Shown: one piece after another, positions 47,265 to 56,136 of the stretch | How the letters are laid out: every line of letters starts with the position of its first letter | Numbering within the stretch: the first letter of the stretch is position 1 | Assembly: GCA_946500425.1 (NCBI GenBank) | Contig: CAMMVQ010000002.1 | Span: forward strand, 5,718-69,717 | DNA from: an uncultured Mollicutes bacterium | Lineage (GTDB): Bacteria; Bacillota_I; Bacilli_A; RF39; UBA660 | Direction of reading: 5' to 3' | Length of the DNA: 64,000 nt | The notes under the pieces: generated by a model | What the model saw: only the letters and a program-made list of their open reading frames with translations | Told to the model about the DNA's origin: nothing | Databases searched by the model: none | Position numbers and translations under genes: made by a program

Positions 47265-48017
47265 CTACCAATAATTATAATTAAATATACAAACGTTTTC
47301 GTTTTTATTTATAATTGCAACTGAGTATTTACCATGATTACAGTAACCAGAATCATCACAGTAATTAACAAAGTAGTATACTGTATAATCATTATCAATT
47401 TCATGCTTACCATCATTAAGAAAATAAGAATCATTATAAACGTTAGTGCCATCGGTTGTAGCAAACGGATCATCTTCTTTTTTCCCATACCATATAGCTT
47501 CCTTTTCATATTCATTTATATACTTACCAATTGTTTTTTCATCAGTTTTAAAAGATAATCCCATTTCAGTATTAGCTTGCATTACTCCTGGTTTATAATA
47601 AAATTCTATTTCCTTTGCATTACTTGGTATTTCATTTGGAAATTTATTTATTAGTTCATCTTTAGAATCATAAAGTCCATAATAGGCTTTATAATTATAT
47701 ACTGGATTAATACTTTCTAAAAACGCAAATATAAAAATTAGTATTATTATATAAGCGATAAAAAATAATCCAAGTATAGTTGAGACTATTATTCCTACTT
47801 TATCACTAATTTTATGATTCAAAGTTTTAATAAATATAATTATATTAACAAGCAAAGGAATAAAAAATAAAATAATAGATGATATAAATAATGGTTTGTT
47901 ATAAAAGCATGAGGGATCATAAATGCTAGCAATAAGTAGAAAAACAAATATAATTAAAAAGATTATTAATATAGATAATTGTAAAACATTAAAAAAAGAT
48001 AGCTTTAATTTTTTCAT
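47265..48017 (-). CDS. Hypothetical membrane protein (4 TM plus a C-terminal soluble Tyr/Asn-rich domain)
   Basis: Start set at MKKLKLSFF (SD TTGGAG). No family recognised. Confidence 0.55.
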   Translation of the reverse strand: MKKLKLSFFNVLQLSILIIFLIIFVFLLIASIYDPSCFYNKPLFISSIILFFIPLLVNIIIFIKTLNHKISDKVGIIVSTILGLFFIAYIIILIFIFAFLESINPVYNYKAYYGLYDSKDELINKFPNEIPSNAKEIEFYYKPGVMQANTEMGLSFKTDEKTIGKYINEYEKEAIWYGKKEDDPFATTDGTNVYNDSYFLNDGKHEIDNDYTVYYFVNYCDDSGYCNHGKYSVAIINKNENVCIFNYNYW

Positions 48018-48121
48018 GATAAACTCCAAAGACATTTTAATTATATCATAAAATTAAATATGCTTTTATAAAACTAATTGATTAAAGCATTATCTAGTGA
48101 TAAAATCTAGGTGGTGATAGC

Positions 48122-49078
48122 ATGAAAAAAAAGAGTTTTAAAGAACGTTTAACTGAGGCATTTTACTATGTATTACTTACGGTTATTTTATTTATTCCTT
48201 CAATAATTTATTATTACTTAGATAAAAATTTTGAAATAGAAAAATTATTAATGACTTTTAATATAATAGTTACCATACTAATTCCAATTATATACTTATA
48301 TAGTTACATAATAGAAAAAATAAAACTTAAAAAAATTGAAAAGAAACAAATAACTAAAAAAACAGATATTAACTATTATAGAGATATAATAAATAATTAT
48401 TCCCCTGCCATGTTAAGCATTATATATGATGGTAACCTTGAATATAAAAAAGATTTAATAACAAACATACTATATTTAGAAAACAAGGGATATATAAAAA
48501 TTAAAAATGATAAAATTTATACTACTAATAAAGACTATAGTAAACTTTCCATAGATTTAAAAATGATAATTGAAAACGCTGATTTATTATACAGCTATGA
48601 TTTAAAACAAAGTGATAGAATTAAATTACCAAACTTTAGAACTAATTGGTATAAAGCGATTGATTACGAACTTAAAAAACAAGAACTATGTAAAGAAAGA
48701 GATTATAATTTTTCCATAATAAGCATAATTCTTGTAATACTTCTTGGGCTTTCGATGATGTTTTCTTATGAGAACAACATAGGATTATTCCTTTATTCTT
48801 TTATCCTATGCATCTTAATTATTTTTATAAGAATTGAAACTCAAGCGAAAACTAGCTACTACAGAACTCAGAAAGGTTATGAAATATACGTTAAATTAGT
48901 AGGATTAAAAAAATTTATAAATGATTTTTCTAACCTTGATGAAAGTAAACTTGAAGAAATAAAACTTTTGGAAGATTATTCTATATATACTATGATTTTA
49001 AATAGAAAAAATGATTTAATAAAGCAAAACAAAGAGTTATATAAAAAATTATTCAACAAAAAAGCACACAAATCATAA
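48122..49078 (+). CDS. Hypothetical membrane protein, DUF2207-like
   Basis: SD GGTGGTGA. The segment YSPAMLSIIYDGNLEYKKDLITNILYLENKGYIKI resembles the DUF2207 cytoplasmic segment. TM pairs at both ends. Confidence 0.55.
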   Translation: MKKKSFKERLTEAFYYVLLTVILFIPSIIYYYLDKNFEIEKLLMTFNIIVTILIPIIYLYSYIIEKIKLKKIEKKQITKKTDINYYRDIINNYSPAMLSIIYDGNLEYKKDLITNILYLENKGYIKIKNDKIYTTNKDYSKLSIDLKMIIENADLLYSYDLKQSDRIKLPNFRTNWYKAIDYELKKQELCKERDYNFSIISIILVILLGLSMMFSYENNIGLFLYSFILCILIIFIRIETQAKTSYYRTQKGYEIYVKLVGLKKFINDFSNLDESKLEEIKLLEDYSIYTMILNRKNDLIKQNKELYKKLFNKKAHKS

Positions 49079-49091
49079 AATCGTGTGCTTT
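49061..49091. terminator. Bidirectional terminator between convergent genes
   Basis: AAAGCACAC ... GTGTGCTTT with the plus-strand stop codon in the loop. Confidence 0.7.
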
Positions 49092-49104
49092 TAATAACGC
49101 TTTT

Positions 49105-49350
49105 TTAATCAATCATATCCTCTAAGTTATTTGGTATTTGATCACCAACTACCGCTTTAACAATCTTATCTGATTGCTCTTTTGAAACACTTTTACCAGT
49201 TAAAGCTGAAAGTTCTTCTATTACGTTTCTTATTGTTTTTTCATCTTTTAAATCCCCATCTTTTAAACGTGAGGCAATATCCATAATTGATTTTTTACTA
49301 ACGTTGGTTTTCTTTTCAACCTTGTCAAAGAAACTATCAGTTATTCCCAT
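49105..49350 (-). CDS. spoVIF: Stage VI sporulation protein F
   Basis: FFDKVEKKTNVSKKSIMDIASRLKDGDLKDEKTIRNVIEEL parallels B. subtilis SpoVIF FFKNIEKKTGVKMQDVMNLAGSLQNANFKDENTVRSVI (recalled from memory). Confidence 0.8.
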   Translation of the reverse strand: MGITDSFFDKVEKKTNVSKKSIMDIASRLKDGDLKDEKTIRNVIEELSALTGKSVSKEQSDKIVKAVVGDQIPNNLEDMID

Positions 49351-49407
49351 AAATTAAATCACTCCTAAAGTAATATATGTAATCTATTACTTTTTGACAT
49401 TTAATTC

Positions 49408-50022
49408 TTACTTATCAGGAAAAAACTTTTCTTCACTCTTTTTAAACGCCCATAAAATAATACTATTCTTCGTTAAATCTTTTAAGACTTCTTCTTTAGT
49501 CATGAAAAAGTCTAAGTAAACCATAATCTTTTGCTTCCAGTTTAGTAAATATTTTAAAACCAAAATATCATTAACTCGGTAGCGAAGACCTTTTTTTCTT
49601 ATGTATTTACAAATATGAAACTTGCATGCTAAACACCTTATACTACAAATATGGTTTTTAAGGTAAACACATACTTTATCACCATCACGACTACGGCAAC
49701 ATCCATCACAATGTGTTTTTTCCTTTCTTGCGTAAATACATTTATTATCTTTAAATTCACAAACGTTTTTACCATAAAAATCATCATCTAACAAATCACA
49801 AGCTTTATCATACACGTATGATAATCTTTTCTTTTTATCTTTGATATTTAAGGCACCACAAACATAAAGTGCTTGTCTAACTAATGGATTATCACTATTT
49901 TCTTCATAGTATTTGCCTTTATATAAAACTTTATATTTCTTGTTTTTATTATCTCTTAATCTAACAAGAAAAGGAAGCTTTATATTTTTATCATCCTTAA
50001 CTTCTATTATTATTTCTTTCAT
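49408..50022 (-). CDS. Hypothetical cysteine-rich protein (13 Cys; possible metal/Fe-S cluster binding)
   Basis: CEFKDNKC...HCDGCC...VCVYLKNHICSIRCLACKFHIC. Only a loose resemblance to YkgJ-type CxxCxxCC proteins. Confidence 0.6.
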   Translation of the reverse strand: MKEIIIEVKDDKNIKLPFLVRLRDNKNKKYKVLYKGKYYEENSDNPLVRQALYVCGALNIKDKKKRLSYVYDKACDLLDDDFYGKNVCEFKDNKCIYARKEKTHCDGCCRSRDGDKVCVYLKNHICSIRCLACKFHICKYIRKKGLRYRVNDILVLKYLLNWKQKIMVYLDFFMTKEEVLKDLTKNSIILWAFKKSEEKFFPDK

Positions 50023-50031
50023 GGATTTAAC

Positions 50032-51345
50032 CTATTCATTTCTATTTTTAAATTGAAATACAATTGGTGTACCGTCTAATTCAAAGTTTTCTCTTATTTT
50101 GTTTTCTAAATATCTTTCGTATGAAAAATGCACTAATCCTTTATTATTAACAAAGAAAGTAAATTTAGGGGGCTTTGTTCCCGTTTGTGAAACATAATAT
50201 ATTTTAAGTCTTTTTCCCTTGTATGAAGGTGGAGCTTTTATAGAAACAGCTTCAGTTATAACATCATTTAGTAAGCTGGTTTTAATTTCTCTTTTTGAGT
50301 TTTCAAATACCTTTTTTACTTCTGGCATAAGAGTATGAATCCTCTTTTTAGTTTTAGCTGATAAAAATACGATTGGAACATAACTTAAAAACTGAAACTC
50401 TGCTCTAACAAGCTTAGTAAATTCTTTAATATCCTTATTTTGATCTTTTACTAAGTCCCATTTATTTACTACCAAAACAAGCGCTTTACCAGCCTCTAGT
50501 GCATAACTTGCAATATGTTTATCATGTTCTATTATTCCTTCTTCTGCGTTAATAACGACAAGACAAACATCGCTTCGGTCAATTGCTTTCATACTTCTAA
50601 GTAAGCTATATTTTTCTACACTCTCATAAACTTTTCCTTTTTTTCTCATTCCAGCAGTATCAATTACTACGTATTTTTCCTTATCATAAGTAAACAAAGT
50701 ATCTACGGTATCACGAGTAGTTCCTGCTACATCACTTACAATTACTCTTTCTTCGTTTAAAATGGCATTAACTAATGAAGATTTTCCTACGTTTGGTCTT
50801 CCAATAACACAAAACTTAACGGTACTATCTTCATATTCTTCTTGTTCGCTAACGTTAAAATCTTTTACTACTTCGTCAAGCAAGTCACTTATCCCAACGT
50901 TATGAGCACCAGAAATAGGAATGTAATAGCTAAATCCTAGCTCATAAAAGTCATAAATGTTATCAAACGTTTTCTTATTATCTATCTTGTTTATTGCAAC
51001 AATTACTTTTTTATTACTACGTCTTAAAATATCTCTTACTACCAAATCATTAGTAGTTATTCCTTCTTTACCATCAACAATAAAAACAACAACGTCAGCT
51101 TCATCAATTGCAAGTTCAGCTTGCATCTTTATTTCTTTATTAAAAGCATCACTTCCAATATCTATACCACCAGTGTCAATAACGTTAAACTTATAATCTT
51201 TATAATTACAAGTTCCATAAATCCTATCTCTAGTTACACCTGGAGTATCCTCTATTATAGCTTGTTTTTTACCTACTAAACGATTAAAAATAGTAGATTT
51301 TCCTACGTTTGGTCTTCCAACCAAAGCAACGGTTGGTACTTTCAT
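50032..51345 (-). CDS. der: Ribosome-associated GTPase Der/EngA (tandem G domains plus KH-like domain)
   Basis: Two GRPNVGKS P-loops plus DTAG and NKxD motifs. Start set at MKVPTVALVG (SD AGAGGTGAT). Confidence 0.96.
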   Translation of the reverse strand: MKVPTVALVGRPNVGKSTIFNRLVGKKQAIIEDTPGVTRDRIYGTCNYKDYKFNVIDTGGIDIGSDAFNKEIKMQAELAIDEADVVVFIVDGKEGITTNDLVVRDILRRSNKKVIVAINKIDNKKTFDNIYDFYELGFSYYIPISGAHNVGISDLLDEVVKDFNVSEQEEYEDSTVKFCVIGRPNVGKSSLVNAILNEERVIVSDVAGTTRDTVDTLFTYDKEKYVVIDTAGMRKKGKVYESVEKYSLLRSMKAIDRSDVCLVVINAEEGIIEHDKHIASYALEAGKALVLVVNKWDLVKDQNKDIKEFTKLVRAEFQFLSYVPIVFLSAKTKKRIHTLMPEVKKVFENSKREIKTSLLNDVITEAVSIKAPPSYKGKRLKIYYVSQTGTKPPKFTFFVNNKGLVHFSYERYLENKIRENFELDGTPIVFQFKNRNE

Positions 51346-51350
51346 TTTTA

Positions 51351-52520
51351 TCACCTCTTAATATGATTCTTATTTCCTATATTTTTATATGCTTCAAGAC
51401 ATGAATCAACCTTATTTATAATATCATCATAACTAACTTCAATTTCTATATCTGGTTTTAACAAATTAAGCTTAGTGACCTCTTGTTTCGCTTCGTCAAT
51501 TTCTCGTCTTGATTTCAATGCTCTCATCTCACCAAGTGAAAAAATAAAATATTTTTTTGAAAAAGTTACTGAAAAACCAGTATTAGGCAATTTAAATTTG
51601 TCAATATCTCCAAAAGTATTTAAAGCACATCCAGGTTCTTCCCCAATTATGATTGCACCAATCCTTTTCATATCAGCTAATGCAAATATTCCTGAAGAAA
51701 AAGTTTCTTGGTCACAAAATGCATAAAGATTCAAGTTAGATTCTTTCAAATAATTTATAAGTGGTTTAATAGCCTCGCTATTACCTCCCGTATTTCCTCT
51801 TAAATCGAGAATAAAATTCTCACTTTTATTTTCTTCTATTATTTTTTTTATTTTTTTAACAACGAGTTCAACTTGATTTTCATACTTTTCATAACACTTA
51901 TTATAATGCAAAATAACCGTGTTATCATAAATTGAAATTTCATAATTATCATAATCAAACCATCTATCAATTGTTTCTTTTTTATTAATTATCACGTGCT
52001 TTTTAGTACCATCTTTTTCTAACTCATAATCAAATTCTTCACTAGAAGGATCAATAGAAGGCAAAGTAAGTAACCGGTTAACTCCACTTGAAAAAGCCGC
52101 GAGTTCTCTTTTAAACCAACTTTTTGTAGAATATGCAATCGTTGGTATTGCTTCTTTTTCTAAAACAGTTAAAGGAACACCATTTATTTTAAGTATTTTA
52201 AAACCAATTAAGTCTTCATATTTTAGTGAAGTCTTATAAATTACTAAATCCTTTCCTACGTACCTTGAAACTATTGGTAAAGTAATTCCGTTTGGCATTC
52301 CTAAAAACATATGTGCATCATAAACACCACTTAATTTAGCTTCAATTATTTTAAGCATGTAAGCAAAGTCATAATCATCTATAATTTTATGCTTATTTAA
52401 ATATTCCTTTATAAATTCAGATATTTTTTCTTTACTAATACAAAAATAAGGATATACGTGCTTACTTTCATATAATTCAAAAAAGCTCTTTAAATCCTCT
52501 TCATACCTTATATCAAGCAT
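51351..52520 (-). CDS. S41-family peptidase-like protein without a recognisable signal peptide
   Basis: FILDLRGNTGGN and ETFSSG motifs typical of S41. Start set at MLDIRYEED (SD AGGTGA). Confidence 0.7.
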   Translation of the reverse strand: MLDIRYEEDLKSFFELYESKHVYPYFCISKEKISEFIKEYLNKHKIIDDYDFAYMLKIIEAKLSGVYDAHMFLGMPNGITLPIVSRYVGKDLVIYKTSLKYEDLIGFKILKINGVPLTVLEKEAIPTIAYSTKSWFKRELAAFSSGVNRLLTLPSIDPSSEEFDYELEKDGTKKHVIINKKETIDRWFDYDNYEISIYDNTVILHYNKCYEKYENQVELVVKKIKKIIEENKSENFILDLRGNTGGNSEAIKPLINYLKESNLNLYAFCDQETFSSGIFALADMKRIGAIIIGEEPGCALNTFGDIDKFKLPNTGFSVTFSKKYFIFSLGEMRALKSRREIDEAKQEVTKLNLLKPDIEIEVSYDDIINKVDSCLEAYKNIGNKNHIKR

Positions 52521-52618
52521 ATTCTTCACCTACACTTTAAACTATACTTTATATTTTATAGCATTTTGGTATTTATATCAAGGTTATAGCTATTATACAA
52601 TATCAAAATAAAAAAGGT

Positions 52619-53215
52619 TTAATCCTGTAAACCATAAACCTCTTTTTCAATAATATTTTGAATTTCTTTCTTACCTAGTTTGGTTTTAGATGAAAATAAA
52701 ACAAGTTCATCTCCAATTGCCAAATCAATGTTATCAGTTATTTGTTTTTTATATTTTTCTCTTTGAGTTGAACCTACTTTATCAACCTTAGTTGCTATTA
52801 AAGTAACTTTAACTCCGTGAAACTTTAAAAAGTTATACATAAGTAAATCATCTTCAGAAGGCTTATGCCTAAAATCAACAAGCATAAATACTTGGTTTAG
52901 TTCCTTTCTTTCAGATAAGTACTCTTCAATCATCATTCCAAATTTCTTTTGCTTAGACCTACTTGCACTAGCATAACCATATCCTGGCACGTCGACTAAG
53001 TAAAAAGCATCATTAACCTTATAAAAGTTTATCGTTTGCGTTTTACCTGGTTTACCAGAAATTCTTGCAAAGTTTCTTCTTTCCATTATGGAATTAGTAA
53101 AGCTACTTTTTCCAACGTTACTCCTTCCTATAAGTAAAAACTCAGGTTTTCCATCAGTTGGATACTGGCTTCTTCTTACCGCAACATTAGAAAGCTCTAC
53201 ATTATTTATTTTCAT
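52619..53215 (-). CDS. engB: Ribosome biogenesis GTPase YsxC/EngB
   Basis: GRSNVGKSSF, DVPGYGYA, TKVDK. Confidence 0.93.
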   Translation of the reverse strand: MKINNVELSNVAVRRSQYPTDGKPEFLLIGRSNVGKSSFTNSIMERRNFARISGKPGKTQTINFYKVNDAFYLVDVPGYGYASASRSKQKKFGMMIEEYLSERKELNQVFMLVDFRHKPSEDDLLMYNFLKFHGVKVTLIATKVDKVGSTQREKYKKQITDNIDLAIGDELVLFSSKTKLGKKEIQNIIEKEVYGLQD

Positions 53216-53288
53216 TGTTTCTCACCTTCATAAAATGTGTCATTTGTGATGATATTATAGCAAATAAAAGAAGAAAAAGCAAATTTGA

Positions 53289-54230
53289 CTAGTTTTCAAG
53301 GGAAATTCTAGCTATTTCAAGTGCATCATCATAGGTATCACAGGCACATATAAATAAGTTTTTATGACAAAAATTTATACTTTTAACTCCGCTTATTTTT
53401 CTTAACTCTTCTTTTGAAAGCCCAGCCCATGCACTTGGAAACGGCTTTTTAACATCAAAACTTCCTTTTTTAACTGGAGTTGCAACAACGTTATAGCCAC
53501 CTCTTTTAGAAGGAAAAACGGCATATAAAATATCATTAGCTTTCTTATTAGTAGAATCTAACACCACGTCTTTCCATGGCATGTAACGATCAAGTACAAG
53601 TACGTTACCAGTTGATTCATTTATCTTGTTTTCTATTATTTCCTTAGCTTCTTCTTTAGCAAATAATCTTCTTATAAAATTATTAAAAACTTGATTAGCT
53701 AGAAAGACGGCGGATAAAAAAGCCTCGTTTTCATCTTTTGTTTCATTCCAGGAAGGATTAAAATCACTAATGATTGAAGGAAGCGTCTGCTTTCTTATTA
53801 AAATGTCATGTTCAAGTGCTTGACCATTATCATCCCGGTCGATATCCATGATTAGTCCTTTATCAACTTCTTCAAATAGATAATCAACGTCTTTAACGTT
53901 CATGTCACTTAATATTTTTTTACCATATTCTTTCCATATTAAACCACATGAAGCATACTTTACCCCGTTACTTCTTACCTCATTAAACTCTGCTTGATGA
54001 TGGTCAAACTTTCCTTGCCCAACATCATAACAAAAGGCGCTGGAGTTAGTAACTTCGTTTGTACGAAATAAGCGCATACCTTTAAAATAGTTAAGCAAAA
54101 TGCAAGTTGCCATAACCTCATCAGCATGAAAAGTACCACTATGGGTTATAAAATCAGCCTCATTCTCATTATCAACAATGGCAATAGTAACATCTTCACC
54201 AAATAAATTTTTAAATTTCAACTTGTTCAT
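53289..54230 (-). CDS. MYG1/UPF0160-family metal-dependent hydrolase
   Basis: ITHSGTFHADEVMATCILL near the N-terminus. Start set at MNKLKFKN (SD AGAGGTG). Confidence 0.85.
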   Translation of the reverse strand: MNKLKFKNLFGEDVTIAIVDNENEADFITHSGTFHADEVMATCILLNYFKGMRLFRTNEVTNSSAFCYDVGQGKFDHHQAEFNEVRSNGVKYASCGLIWKEYGKKILSDMNVKDVDYLFEEVDKGLIMDIDRDDNGQALEHDILIRKQTLPSIISDFNPSWNETKDENEAFLSAVFLANQVFNNFIRRLFAKEEAKEIIENKINESTGNVLVLDRYMPWKDVVLDSTNKKANDILYAVFPSKRGGYNVVATPVKKGSFDVKKPFPSAWAGLSKEELRKISGVKSINFCHKNLFICACDTYDDALEIARISLEN

Positions 54231-54348
54231 AAGCACCTCTTAAACACTTTTATCTTCTTAAATTTTAACATAATTAAACGAAAAATACCATGATTGACAT
54301 TTCTAATAACTAATGTGATAATGTTTATAGAAAGGAATACTTCATAAC

Positions 54349-54813
54349 ATGCAAATATATCAATTTAAAAAACCAAGTGAAGAAGTAAAAGATTTTTTAC
54401 AAAGTCATGGTTATGATGAAATGAATGAATTACAAAAAAAAGAATTGATTAGGCAGTGGTATAATATAAATACTAATCCAGAAGATACTTGTTGCAAAGA
54501 GAATAATACCTTAACCGCGGAGAATCCATAGAGAATCACAGCGCTCAAAGCTTTAATTGAGGGAATAATTTACTTTCAAAAACACTCAATAGAATGGTGC
54601 ATAATTGGCAATAGCGAAACTTTACTTGCTGACTTATTATGGATTAACGATGATGAATCTCAAATAAGCATTAGTGGTGACCACAAAATCACTGGTATTT
54701 TACAAGGAGAAAATGCTAGTCTTTCACGTTTGTCTTATAATCTAATTGAATTTTTTCAAAACTACGTAGACGAGGGTGATTCATTAGACAATGTCATAAC
54801 AAAGAAAAAATAA
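54349..54813 (+). pseudogene. 154-codon reading frame of unknown function interrupted by one in-frame TAG (54529-54531)
   Basis: The track's 60-aa ORF ends at the TAG. The same frame then stays open for 93 more sense codons (RITALKALIEGIIYFQKHSIEWCIIGNSE...VITKKK) up to TAA 54811-54813. There is no internal start or SD in that stretch, in an AT-rich genome where random frames close quickly. Confidence 0.55.
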
Positions 54814-54831
54814 TTGGCAAAAAGCTAATTA
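54811..54831. terminator. Bidirectional hairpin between convergent genes
   Basis: TAATTGGC-AAAAA-GCTAATTA with A/T runs on both sides. Both stop codons lie within the stems. Confidence 0.55.
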
Positions 54832-55107
54832 TTTTTTTATGTTCTTATAATAATCTATCTCGGATAAACTTTTCGATACCGCCTCTAAATCTTCTAAATT
54901 AGTTTCTTCATTTAATATGCGCTCAATATCAAATATTAAACTTTTAATAGAAGAATACTTGGTATAATCAACGCCATATCTTTTTAGTGTCATAACCTGA
55001 TTATCACTTAAATAAATACCATTTTTTCTCATTTTAATTAAATTTTTATCATCATAAACAACTTTTATAATTTCTTCTATTTCTATTTCTTTATTATTAA
55101 CTCTCAT
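54829..55107 (-). CDS. Hypothetical protein
   Basis: 92 aa from MRVNNKEIEIEE. No family recognised. Confidence 0.5.
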   Translation of the reverse strand: MRVNNKEIEIEEIIKVVYDDKNLIKMRKNGIYLSDNQVMTLKRYGVDYTKYSSIKSLIFDIERILNEETNLEDLEAVSKSLSEIDYYKNIKK

Positions 55108-55170
55108 AATAATATCTCCACGAATATATTTTAGCACATTTATACATACAAAAAAAGAATACTACTGTAT

Positions 55171-56136
55171 TCAAATTTCGTTTTCTTCTTTGTAAGTTTT
55201 ACAAACTTCTTCTAGCTTATCAACGATTTCATCTGCCTCACTAAAAGATTTTAGTTTAGCACCACAAGCATACATGTGTCCTCCACCATTATACTGTTCA
55301 AAAAGTTTATTAATAACTGGCCCCCTTGACCTAGCTGAAGTTCTTATAACGTTATTTTTTAAATCTTCCGTAAATATTACCCAAGTTAATAATTCTTCAA
55401 TAAAGTTATAATTATTCATGATGCTTCCGACACTTGCTGAATCAACGTTTAAATCTTTTAGGTCCTTGTCAGTTATTTTTATGTATCCAACACCGTTTTT
55501 AGTGACTTTCATGTTTTCAGAAATAAAACCTTCTAGTCTTACTTCAGAAATGCTTCGGTTGTATAATAAAGCGTATAATTCAGTAGGATTAATATGTTCA
55601 TCCTCAATCAATCTTACAACCACCTTAAAAGTATTTAATCCTGCTCCTTGGAATAAAAACCTATTTGTATCTGCCACTATTCCCATAAATATATTTTCCG
55701 CTGCGTGTTTAGGCATTTTAAGACCGCAATCATAGCACCAAGTAGCTAATATTTCAGAAGCGCTAGATGCATTTTCATCTACTATTTCATAATCAGAAAA
55801 CTTATCTATTTCAGGATGATGGTCCATTTTTATAACGTCTTTAAACTTATAAAAGTCAACTCCATCAATTCTTTTTATATCCGGAACATCAAGTGCTATT
55901 AAAAGAGCATCTTTATACGTTTCATCATCTACTTTTTCATGGGTTCCAAACATTTTAAATCTTGCTATCGAAGCGCCAACAACCTTTACTTTTTTATCAG
56001 GAAAATTTTCTTCGATTATCTCCTTTAACGCAAAAGTTGACCCCAAGGCATCAGGATCACCGCCAATGTGCCTTGCAATAACAATATTATTATATTTTTT
56101 TATTAAGTTTAATATCTTTTCGTTCATTTTATTCAT
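55171..56136 (-). CDS. nrnA: DHH/DHHA1 phosphoesterase NrnA (nanoRNase / pAp phosphatase)
   Basis: ARHIGGDPDALGS, MDHHP and GGGH motifs. Confidence 0.85.
   Translation of the reverse strand: MNKMNEKILNLIKKYNNIVIARHIGGDPDALGSTFALKEIIEENFPDKKVKVVGASIARFKMFGTHEKVDDETYKDALLIALDVPDIKRIDGVDFYKFKDVIKMDHHPEIDKFSDYEIVDENASSASEILATWCYDCGLKMPKHAAENIFMGIVADTNRFLFQGAGLNTFKVVVRLIEDEHINPTELYALLYNRSISEVRLEGFISENMKVTKNGVGYIKITDKDLKDLNVDSASVGSIMNNYNFIEELLTWVIFTEDLKNNVIRTSARSRGPVINKLFEQYNGGGHMYACGAKLKSFSEADEIVDKLEEVCKTYKEENEI

Noticed and set aside
54529-54531. In-frame TAG as pyrrolysine or a reassigned sense codon.
   Set aside because: TAG clearly terminates several well-conserved genes in this window (recA, arcC, spoIVA, the 156-aa ORF). 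No pyl genes were seen.
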